From the NCBI GenBank assembly GCA_964471155.1, contig CAYYFX010000002.1, positions 9,852-73,851 on the forward strand: a DNA stretch of 64,000 nt, written 5' to 3'. The notes beneath the pieces were generated by a model, which ran no database searches, was not told where the DNA came from, and saw only the letters and a list, made by a program, of their open reading frames with translations. The stretch comes from an uncultured Gemmatimonadota bacterium. Lineage in GTDB: Bacteria; ARS69. This document shows positions 18,897-26,866 of this stretch, in pieces (within the stretch, counting starts at the first letter, position 1; every line of letters begins with the position of its first letter). The translations under genes and the position numbers were made by a program.

Positions 18897-20996
18897 CTAG
18901 TAGCTGGCGCCGAGGCCGATCCGGAACGTGCGCCCCGGCTCCCACACCCGGGTTCCCGAGGCGAACGGGTCCCGCAAGTACGACAGGTGCTGCGAGTACA
19001 GCTCGTTCGTCACGTTCTCCAGTTCCGCGACGACCTGGATGCGACGCGCGTACCGGACGCCGAGATCCAGGCGATCCCACGCGGGCGTCCGCGCCTCGCC
19101 CAGCGCCACATCCACCCGCTCCTGCGAGGCCGCGGCCGTGTACCGCGCCCATGGCGTCCACGGGCCCAGCGGCGCCTTCAGCGTGCAGGCCCCCTGCAGC
19201 GGCTGGACCTCGGCGAGCGGTCCGCCGCGGTCGACGTTCTGCCCGGAGTGGTAGGAGGCGTGCAGCTCCGCCCACCGGTGTTCGACGTCGAGGTTGACCC
19301 CGAGGAGCCGGGCGTCGACGTTGCCGAAGGTCAGCCAGGGGCGGCCGCCCGCCATCGCCCGCACGAGGGACACGTGGTCGGCGACGTAGGTGCCGAACGC
19401 CTCGAGCGCGACCGCCCGCGCGCGGGTGCGGACGCGGATCGTCGCGCGCCGCGGGGCGTCGAGCTCCGGGTTCCCGGTCCACGACGGCTTGCCTTCGGGC
19501 TTCGCCACGGAGATCCAGAGCTGCTCCGCCTCCGGAGCGCGGGAGGCGACCTCGAGGGTCACGCTGCCCGACACCGGCCCGATGGGCTTCGTCCAGCCCA
19601 GGGTCGCGCCGAACGGGACGAAGGTGCGCCGGTCGCCCGCGCCTTCGTGCACCCGGCGGTGGAATGCGAGCCGGTCGGGATCGCCCGGCCACTGGTGCTC
19701 CACGCCCACGAGTCCGCCGATCTCCCAGGCGTTCCCCAGCCGCCACGACCGGGAGAACGCGGCGTGACCGAGGTGCACGTCCGGCATCAGGTGGTTGTCG
19801 ATGCGTCCCATCGGCATGACGAACCGGTTGTCCGCGTCCCACCCGCGGTAGTAGCCCTCCCAGCCGTCGCCCACCGCGCCGACCGTGGTGTTCCGCGCGA
19901 CCGTCTCCATGAACATGGGGCCGGTGCGAAGCCCGTTGTCCATCACGTGGTACGTGTGGTTCGCGTAGAGCTTGGCCCCCCACCGCGAGACGTGCGCGCT
20001 CCACAGGTCGTTCTCGCGTTCGTCCATCTGCAGGTACGGGAAGAGGACGTCGCGCGTCCGCGCGAACCCCGCGCCCGGGGCCCAGCCGCCCCGGGTCCCG
20101 TACACGGAGAACTCCAGCGCCTCGTGGCGCACGATCTCCCGGTACCCGTACAGCGTGGCGAAGTCACGGCCGTCCGCGTCCTCGTAGGGTCCGCCGTGCG
20201 CCCAGCGGCCGGTCCCGCGGAAACCACGCCCGTCCAGCGCGACCGCGACGTCCTCGCCGTCGGAGGCGCCGCGCGACGAGGACGCGCTCCCTTGCATGCG
20301 CCAGTCCCCGGACGGCGTCTCGCGGTGGAACGTCACGCCGCCGCCCAGCCCGCAGGACGGCGCCGCCGCGCCCTTGTCCAGTTCGACCGACGCCATCTCC
20401 AGCGGGTTCAGGCGCGTGGCCGGCGGGTCCATGCGATTCGGGCACGCGTTCGGATAGCGCTCGCCGTCGATCGTGAGCGTGAGGTCCCCGCGCTTGAAGC
20501 CGTCGGCGTAGAGATCCCCCGCGAAGTCCGACCCGCGGCGCACGAGGAACCACCCGTCGGTCGTGAACACGCGTGCGGGATAGGACTTGTCCAGGATGGC
20601 GCGCCGGCCCGCGAGCGGCCGCCGGTCGGCGGTGATGCGCAGCGGCGGCAGGGCGATCGGGTCCTCGTGCAGCGCCACCTCGAGGCGTGCCTCCTGCCCG
20701 ACCCGCACCGGGACCTCCGCCGAGTGCGTGGCATAGCCCACGAAGGAGACCTCCACCCGCACCGTGCCCGGGGGCACGTTCTCGAGGCGGAAGACGCCGT
20801 CGGCCCCGGCCAGGACGCGCCGGCCGAGGTCGGGCATCCGGACGTCCGCGTACGCCAGCGGCTCTCCCGACGGGAACGCCGTCACGCGCCCCTCCAGGGA
20901 CGCCGCCGCGACCACGCCGGGGACGGATGCGAGCAGGAACAGCAGTGCCAGCCGGGACGCGGCACCGGGGCACGCGGGCGACGGAAGGAAGCGCAT
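18897..20996 (-). CDS. TonB-dependent receptor with N-terminal carboxypeptidase-regulatory-like domain (699 aa)
   Basis: Signal peptide is MRFLPSPACPGAASRLALLFLLASVPGVVAA. A CarbopepD_reg-like segment is present (LEGRVTAF...GVFRLENVPPGTVRVEVSFVGY). A plug and barrel follow, with a C-terminal aromatic residue. GAGG lies before the ATG at 20996. Confidence 0.85.
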   Translation of the reverse strand: MRFLPSPACPGAASRLALLFLLASVPGVVAAASLEGRVTAFPSGEPLAYADVRMPDLGRRVLAGADGVFRLENVPPGTVRVEVSFVGYATHSAEVPVRVGQEARLEVALHEDPIALPPLRITADRRPLAGRRAILDKSYPARVFTTDGWFLVRRGSDFAGDLYADGFKRGDLTLTIDGERYPNACPNRMDPPATRLNPLEMASVELDKGAAAPSCGLGGGVTFHRETPSGDWRMQGSASSSRGASDGEDVAVALDGRGFRGTGRWAHGGPYEDADGRDFATLYGYREIVRHEALEFSVYGTRGGWAPGAGFARTRDVLFPYLQMDERENDLWSAHVSRWGAKLYANHTYHVMDNGLRTGPMFMETVARNTTVGAVGDGWEGYYRGWDADNRFVMPMGRIDNHLMPDVHLGHAAFSRSWRLGNAWEIGGLVGVEHQWPGDPDRLAFHRRVHEGAGDRRTFVPFGATLGWTKPIGPVSGSVTLEVASRAPEAEQLWISVAKPEGKPSWTGNPELDAPRRATIRVRTRARAVALEAFGTYVADHVSLVRAMAGGRPWLTFGNVDARLLGVNLDVEHRWAELHASYHSGQNVDRGGPLAEVQPLQGACTLKAPLGPWTPWARYTAAASQERVDVALGEARTPAWDRLDLGVRYARRIQVVAELENVTNELYSQHLSYLRDPFASGTRVWEPGRTFRIGLGASY

Positions 20997-21014
20997 GACA
21001 ACCTCGGGATTCGA

Positions 21015-21048
21015 CGTGACCGGCCGCACGCCGGCGGCCACGGTCACG
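21015..21048 (-). other. strong stem-loop in the 5' leader of the TonB-dependent receptor gene
   Basis: Minus strand reads C-GTGACC-GT-GGCCGC-CGGCGT-GCGGCC-GGTCAC-G. This gives 13 bp with a 2-nt bulge, ending about 8 nt before the GAGG RBS. Confidence 0.45.
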
Positions 21049-21171
21049 GTACCCGAACGTCCGAGTTTCGGACAAGGATGTCCGCTTTTAGGCGCCGCCC
21101 GGTTCCCGGGCTACGGGGTGAGGAGGACGTTTCCACGCTTGTGCCCGCGCTCCACGCACCGCACCGCGCAT

Positions 21172-23706
21172 CTACCCGAAGATCCGCTCCAGGATCGTGG
21201 CGAAGTCGATCTTCGTGAACGCGATGCCCACCCCCGTGAGGCTCTCGCCGGCCACGATCCCGGCGCAGACCACCACGAGGTACTTCGACGTCCACTTCCC
21301 GTTCGCACGCGCGAGCAGCAGCCCGATCACGGCGCCGAGGAACATGGTCACGCTGTAGTGCGCGTGGACCACGAACGCCAGGCCGAGACTGGCGGGCGAG
21401 AGCGTCCACTTGCGCCACTTCGCCGGCGCGAGCTTCTCCACCAGCACCAGCACCACCGCGGCCACGGCCGCGACGAGCATGGCCGCGGGCGTGCCCTCGG
21501 GAATCGCCTGCAATCCCACCTGGAACAGCTCCGCCACGGCCTTCCACGTGGCCACCGCCGGCGCCGGCCAGTCCCCGGTCATGAGCTGGTCCGCGGGCCG
21601 CGGGAAGAGGATGAGGTACACGAACGACCCGGCCATCGCCCCGGCCAGCGCCCCGCACACCTGCGCCATGGCCTGGAGCCTCGGGGACGCGCCGAGCAGC
21701 CACCCCGTCTTCAGATCGTGCAGCAGGTCCGCGCACTGGCTGGACGCTCCGCCGGTCACGTTCGCGGCCATGAGGTTCGGCGCGGGCTGGCTCGGCGCGA
21801 TGAGCCCGAACATCAGCTGCGTCACCTTCCCCATCGCGCCCACCGGCGTGATGTTGGTCTCCCCGGAGACCCGGCCCGCCACGAGCGCGAGCACGAACGT
21901 GACGAGCACGCCGAGCGCGGCGGTCCACCAGACGATCGCGAAGAGCGAGACCTGCAGCACGGTCGACAGGATCAGCGCCGCGACGATGGCCGCGATGAAC
22001 ACGTTGCGCGGCACGTCGTCGGACGCCGCCTCCGCGGGGCCGCCGGCGGCGCGGCGCCGGAACGATCCCGCGATCGAGCGCCACGAGAACGCGAACGACA
22101 GCAGCGACGCCACCACCATCAGCGTGACGCCCGGCCACAGCAGCCACGTCACCAGGTCGCGGAAGTCCGGGCGGATGGACGAGAACCGGGCGCCGCTCTT
22201 CAGGGAGTCCACGGTCTCCTTCGAGAGCCCCAGCGCCGACGCGGCCTCCGCCAGCGCGCCGCCCTCCGCGGGCAGGAGCCCGGTCACCCGCACGGTCTTC
22301 GCGAGGTCGTCGTACTCCACGCTCCCGTCGCCGAAGACCGACGCCGTCCGCCCCTCCGGCAGCCTCGGCGCGTTCGACGCGACGTGCAGCGCGTCCAGCG
22401 CGGCGCGCACGCGATCCATCGCGGCCGCGTGCCTCGGCTCGGCCGCCTGCACCTCGTCGGCGATGGCCCGCACCTCCGCGCGCGTCCCGTCCGACATCGC
22501 GCCGAGCGCCACGAGGGTCCCCGCGGACCGGTCCATCTGCACGCGGCTCGTGAGGCGGCGCGGCAGGTCGAACGCGTAGGGCACCTCGCCCACGCTCTCG
22601 CGGAACTGCAGCGGGCGCGTCGTGGTCCACCGCGACGGGTCCGCGGGGGCCTCGGAGTGGCGGTCCGAGCGCATCCACAGGCGATGCACCACCTCGGTCC
22701 ACGCCGGATCGTCGCTCTGGGCGAGGAGTCCGTCCCGCTCCGCCGCCGTCATGATCCCCTGGAAGCGGATGCGCCCGGCCTGCGCGTCGTACGCGGCGTA
22801 CCCGTCGGGCGGCGCGGGCAGCACGACGCCCGGCGGCAGGATCGGGAGGGGCTCCGAGACCTCGAGCCGGATCTTCCCCTGGTTCAGCATGGCGGGCGCG
22901 ACGATCGCCCAGGCCAGCACGGCACCGATGAGCAGCGAGACGCACGCGCGCAGCCCGATCAGCGCGCCGACGCCGTACATGAGCAGGTTCGTGTCGAAGC
23001 GGAACGTGAGCTGCGACAGCGGGATCCCGCTGACCGCGCCCGCGTACCCGATCCCGGCGGAGAACCACGCCTTCACGTCGGTGGCGTACTTCAGGATGCC
23101 GGCCACCACGCCCGCGCCGGCCAGCCACTGCACGCGCTTCATCGCCTCGGCGCCGTGCGCGTACATCTCCTTCAACGTCTCCCCGGACGCGATGCCCGAG
23201 ACGAACGGCAGCTTCTCCTCGAGGATCATCTGCCGCCGCAGCGCCACCGCCACGGTGATGCCCACCAGGCAGACGCTGAACACCCACAGCGCCAGGTACG
23301 GCCAGCCCAGCGTCTGCCCGGTGAGCATGGCCAGCGCCGGGATGGGCGCCACGAGGCCCGCCGACGAGACGGACGCGCCGGACGAGGCCGCCGTCTGGTT
23401 CACGTTGTTCTCGAGGATGCCCCACTCGCGCGTGCGCGCCGTCTTCTCCAGGATCTTCCAGAAGCCGAACGAGAGCAGCGCCGCGGTGATGGACATGTTG
23501 AGGCTCCAGCCGATCTTGAGCCCCGTGTAGATGTTGCACATCGACAGGAGCGCCGCCAGGGTCATGCCGGTCAGGACGGCGCGCGGCGTGAACTGCGGGG
23601 ACGTGAGGTCCAGCGGGCGCGGCTCGATGGCGTGCGCGGGATCGCCGGACGCGGAGGCGACCGGCTGCGCCGCCTCCGGGGAGGGCTTGGCGGGGTCGGG
23701 GGTCAC
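21172..23706 (-). CDS. OPT family oligopeptide transporter with a large soluble insertion (844 aa)
   Basis: The N-terminal OPT signature is FTPRAVLTGMTLAALLSMCNIYTGLKIGWSLNMSITAALLSFGFW. There are many TM helices. The GTG start is preceded by GGAGG at 7 nt. Confidence 0.9.
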   Translation of the reverse strand: MTPDPAKPSPEAAQPVASASGDPAHAIEPRPLDLTSPQFTPRAVLTGMTLAALLSMCNIYTGLKIGWSLNMSITAALLSFGFWKILEKTARTREWGILENNVNQTAASSGASVSSAGLVAPIPALAMLTGQTLGWPYLALWVFSVCLVGITVAVALRRQMILEEKLPFVSGIASGETLKEMYAHGAEAMKRVQWLAGAGVVAGILKYATDVKAWFSAGIGYAGAVSGIPLSQLTFRFDTNLLMYGVGALIGLRACVSLLIGAVLAWAIVAPAMLNQGKIRLEVSEPLPILPPGVVLPAPPDGYAAYDAQAGRIRFQGIMTAAERDGLLAQSDDPAWTEVVHRLWMRSDRHSEAPADPSRWTTTRPLQFRESVGEVPYAFDLPRRLTSRVQMDRSAGTLVALGAMSDGTRAEVRAIADEVQAAEPRHAAAMDRVRAALDALHVASNAPRLPEGRTASVFGDGSVEYDDLAKTVRVTGLLPAEGGALAEAASALGLSKETVDSLKSGARFSSIRPDFRDLVTWLLWPGVTLMVVASLLSFAFSWRSIAGSFRRRAAGGPAEAASDDVPRNVFIAAIVAALILSTVLQVSLFAIVWWTAALGVLVTFVLALVAGRVSGETNITPVGAMGKVTQLMFGLIAPSQPAPNLMAANVTGGASSQCADLLHDLKTGWLLGASPRLQAMAQVCGALAGAMAGSFVYLILFPRPADQLMTGDWPAPAVATWKAVAELFQVGLQAIPEGTPAAMLVAAVAAVVLVLVEKLAPAKWRKWTLSPASLGLAFVVHAHYSVTMFLGAVIGLLLARANGKWTSKYLVVVCAGIVAGESLTGVGIAFTKIDFATILERIFG

Positions 23707-23731
23707 GAAACGCCTCCGGTGACTGCGGGGG

Positions 23732-23762
23732 CCCGAGTGTTCCCGGATCCTAGGAACTCGGG
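23732..23762 (-). terminator. hairpin between the FHA gene and the OPT gene (CCCGAG-TG-TTCC / GGAA-CTCGGG, 9-nt loop)
   Basis: A 10-bp interrupted inverted repeat lies 29 nt downstream of the FHA gene stop. There is no U-tract. Confidence 0.3.
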
Positions 23763-23790
23763 ACCGTCACCGTCAACGATTCGCGGTCGG

Positions 23791-24501
23791 TCACTCCCCG
23801 GCGGCGCGCTCGTCCGCGCGGCGACTCGCCTCGAGCAGCACGTGCGTCATCGTGGCGTCGATCGTGCGCTCCGGGACCGTGGCGGTCGGATCGAACGCGA
23901 AGCGTCCCGATTCGGCGCGGGCGATGGCCATGGCCGCGTCGAACCCGCGCCGGCCGGCCGCTTCCGCATGGACGGGGCGTCCGTCCGCGATCCAGAGGCG
24001 ACCCGGGCACTCGCCGTCCTCCACGGCGAGGACGCCGCTCTGCGCGCCGAGCTCCAGCATCTGCAGCACCGCGAACGCCGGGATGCGGTCGAAGCTCCCG
24101 TGCAACGCCCCGCCGGACGCCGCCTCCGGCCCCATGACCATCGTGCGGTCGTCGGCGCCGGCCCCGGCCGCGGGCGCGGCCAGCGCCTCCTCGACATGGC
24201 AGAACGTCACGAGGATGTCCCCGATGCCGATGCGATCGCCCGGATGCAGCGGGTGCTCGCCGGCGATGCGCGCGCCGTTCACCAGCGTGCCGTTCGTGCT
24301 GCCGAGGTCGCGCACCCAGAAGCGGTCCCCCTGCCGGCGCACTTCCGCGTGCCGGCGCGAGGCCCGCGCCGAGTCCACCGGCAGATCGCAGTCGGGCGCG
24401 CGCCCGAGCACCACGTCGCGCCGGTCGTACAGGCGCACCGGCGGGCGCGGCGGGGCGAACAGCATGGGCAGGACGGTTCCCCGGGCGTCGGACATGCCCA
24501 T
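23791..24501 (-). CDS. FHA domain protein with C-terminal DUF4388 (PatA-N-like) domain (236 aa)
   Basis: FHA pattern: LGRAPDCDLPVDSARASRRHAEV...FWVRDLGSTNGTLVNG. DUF4388-like pattern: GSFDRIPAFAVLQMLELGAQSGVLAV...GRLWIADGRPVHAE...GRFAF. Confidence 0.85.
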   Translation of the reverse strand: MGMSDARGTVLPMLFAPPRPPVRLYDRRDVVLGRAPDCDLPVDSARASRRHAEVRRQGDRFWVRDLGSTNGTLVNGARIAGEHPLHPGDRIGIGDILVTFCHVEEALAAPAAGAGADDRTMVMGPEAASGGALHGSFDRIPAFAVLQMLELGAQSGVLAVEDGECPGRLWIADGRPVHAEAAGRRGFDAAMAIARAESGRFAFDPTATVPERTIDATMTHVLLEASRRADERAAGE

Positions 24502-24558
24502 CGGTCGGCAACCGGACGGCCGGACTGGAGCGCTATCGCGAGGCCCCGGCGCGGCGAC

Positions 24559-24586
24559 TTGACGGAGCCGGGGACGGACCTACATT
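24559..24586 (+). promoter_or_regulatory. candidate sigma70-type promoter (TTGACG - 16 nt - TACATT)
   Basis: Near-consensus hexamers were read directly, about 165 nt upstream of the 24753 start codon. Confidence 0.35.
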
Positions 24587-24752
24587 CCGGTTCGATGGCG
24601 CCCGTCGGCGCGCGGTCTCGCCCCCCGAGCGAGCCGCCCGCTTCCCTCTCCCGCCGCACGCGGGCACGGGCGCCCCGCGGCTCCGTCCCCCGGGCCGCGC
24701 AGGACCATTCGCCCAATCACCGGGTCCGTCCCGCAAGCCGGGGGAGTCCGTC

Positions 24753-26096
24753 ATGCAGCGTCCCGATCGCGCCGTGTCCAGGCGTTCCGTGTCCTTGTCC
24801 GCGCCGCAGGTCGCGGCAGGCGCCGTGCTTTCCATCCTCTGCGCGTGCATCGCGGGCGTCGAGCCCGCCGGCGCCGCCGCGCCCTATCCGCAGAGTCCCG
24901 TGCTCGGCGGCCTCGAGTGGCACGAGACCGTGAACATGGGCACGGACAGCGACAACTGGCCCACCACCTGGTCGGACGACAACCAAGTGTACACGGCGGC
25001 GGGGGACGGCACCGCGTTCGGCGGCGAGCGCGGGAACTGGATCTGCCGGCTCACGGGAATGCCGGGGAACCTCGCCGGGGAGAACCTCTCGCGCATCTCC
25101 ACGGAGTCCGGGGCGGAGGGCGAGAAGGGCTCCGGCATCGTCTCCGTCGGCGGCACCCTGTACCTCTGGGCGCGCAACGCCGACAACGACGGCAACCACG
25201 CCGACATCGGCCGCTCCACCGACAAGGGCGAGACCTGGAGCTGGGGCCCCACGTTCACGCTGCTCGGCTACCCCACGTTCCTGAACTTCGGCAAGGACAA
25301 CGCGGGCGCGCGCGACGGCTACGTCTACACCGTGTCCCACGATCACCCGAGCGCGTACACGTCCAGCGAGCGCTTCCTTCTCCTGCGCGTGCCGGCCGGG
25401 CAGATCATGAACCAGGGCGCGTACCAGTACTTCACCGGCACGGACGGATCGGGGAACCCGCAGTGGTCGTACGACCCGGCGCGGCGCGGCGCCGTGTTCA
25501 CGTACGTGGAGCAGGGCGAAGGCCGCTGCCGCCGCTCCGGGATCAGCTACCACGCGTCCCTCGGGCGGTACCTCTGGTACCAGCGGTACCAGGAGTCGGG
25601 CGGGTTCGGCGTGTACGACGCGCCCGAGCCGTGGGGACCGTGGACCACCGTCTACTTCACGGAGGACTGGGACGAGGACCCCGGCGAGTGCGGCGGCTTC
25701 TGCACGAAGTTCACGAGCGGCGACACGGTGTGGCTGGTCTACTCCGGCGGGGACAACCTGCGGCTCCGTCGCGCCACGATCTCCGGCGGCTCGACCGGGA
25801 CGCCCGTCCCGGCCGCGGCGGTTCGGGCGCCGCTGACCGCGTTCCCGAACCCGTTCACGGCGGCGACGCGCGCGGAGTTCCGCCTGGACACCGCGCGTCC
25901 CGTGCGCGTGGACGTGCGCGACGTGCACGGCCGCGCCGTGGTCACGCTGCTGGACGGCGCGCTGGAGGCGGGCGCGCACTCCGTGGCGTGGAACGGGCGC
26001 GACGCGCGCGGCGGGCGCGTGCCGGCGGGCGTGTATTTCGTGCGCGTGGACGCCGGCGGCGACGTGCAGTCGAAGCGCGTGGTGCACCTGCGGTAG
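24753..26096 (+). CDS. secreted BNR/Asp-box beta-propeller-like (DUF4185/sialidase-like) protein with FlgD-Ig/T9SS-type CTD (447 aa)
   Basis: Carries an Asp-box (STDKGETW), a hydrophobic N-terminus, and the CTD FPNPF...GVYFVRV...VVHLR. GGGGGAG lies before the ATG. Confidence 0.85.
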   Translation: MQRPDRAVSRRSVSLSAPQVAAGAVLSILCACIAGVEPAGAAAPYPQSPVLGGLEWHETVNMGTDSDNWPTTWSDDNQVYTAAGDGTAFGGERGNWICRLTGMPGNLAGENLSRISTESGAEGEKGSGIVSVGGTLYLWARNADNDGNHADIGRSTDKGETWSWGPTFTLLGYPTFLNFGKDNAGARDGYVYTVSHDHPSAYTSSERFLLLRVPAGQIMNQGAYQYFTGTDGSGNPQWSYDPARRGAVFTYVEQGEGRCRRSGISYHASLGRYLWYQRYQESGGFGVYDAPEPWGPWTTVYFTEDWDEDPGECGGFCTKFTSGDTVWLVYSGGDNLRLRRATISGGSTGTPVPAAAVRAPLTAFPNPFTAATRAEFRLDTARPVRVDVRDVHGRAVVTLLDGALEAGAHSVAWNGRDARGGRVPAGVYFVRVDAGGDVQSKRVVHLR

Positions 26097-26164
26097 CGCG
26101 TCCGGGAAACAACGCGGCCCGGATCCCGAAGGACCCGGGCCGCCGGCACCCGCCGCGGCGGAGC

Positions 26165-26599
26165 CTAGAGCTTGCCGCTCCGGACGTGCTTGCCGGTCTT
26201 CGCGTCGTAGAAGTCCAGCGAGGCGATCTTGTTCGGCTGCTGCGGGTCGTACGTGGTCACCTGGACCACGGTCTCGTCCGCGCTCGGCCGGTACAGCACC
26301 CACGCGCCGGCGGGGACGTTGCGCAGCAGGGAGAAGCAGGAGCACGGATCCGGCTGCTGCGCCGCGGGCGTGCCGGGCATCCACACGCGGCACGACCCGG
26401 CCGGCGGGAACTGCGCCGGCGGGATGCCGAGCACCGCCACGGGACCCTGCATCGAGTGGACCGTGGCCGCGGCCGCGGGCCGCGCCGGCGCGGACTCGGG
26501 GCGGCCGGCGTCGGGCTCGCCGCCCGCCACCGAGACGCGGCCCGAGGAGCAGCCACCGAGCACGAGCGCACCGGCCACGAGGATCATCGGGAAACGCAT
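26165..26599 (-). CDS. hypothetical lipoprotein (144 aa)
   Basis: GGAGG RBS before the ATG at 26599. The lipobox is MRFPMILVAGALVLGGC. Confidence 0.65.
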   Translation of the reverse strand: MRFPMILVAGALVLGGCSSGRVSVAGGEPDAGRPESAPARPAAAATVHSMQGPVAVLGIPPAQFPPAGSCRVWMPGTPAAQQPDPCSCFSLLRNVPAGAWVLYRPSADETVVQVTTYDPQQPNKIASLDFYDAKTGKHVRSGKL

Positions 26600-26866
26600 G
26601 TCGACCTCCAGGGGGGCGGCTCCTCCCGGATCGGCGCCTGCGCGGCGCGATGTGATGCCCGTTCTCCGCGGCGCCGCGCTCCCCTGGTGACCGGCAGCAG
26701 ACTGTGGCTTCGCGTGGGGATTCCTGCGATCCGCGGACACCCGATCCGGGAGCCGGGTCCGCTTGACCGTCGCGCGCGGGCTGTTCTACGGTCGTTCCTC
26801 GCCCGATCCGGTCACCCCGCCGGCTCGCCCCGCGGCCCCGCCGGCCCGCCGCTTCCGGAGGCCTCC

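Noticed and set aside
20997-21171. Possible cobalamin or other riboswitch, or a tRNA-like element (GTCGAATCC), in the leader of the TonB-dependent receptor gene.
   Set aside because: No B12 box or other riboswitch core motif could be recognised by eye. The T-loop-like string lacks flanking complementary stems and an acceptor stem. Only the hairpin is reported.
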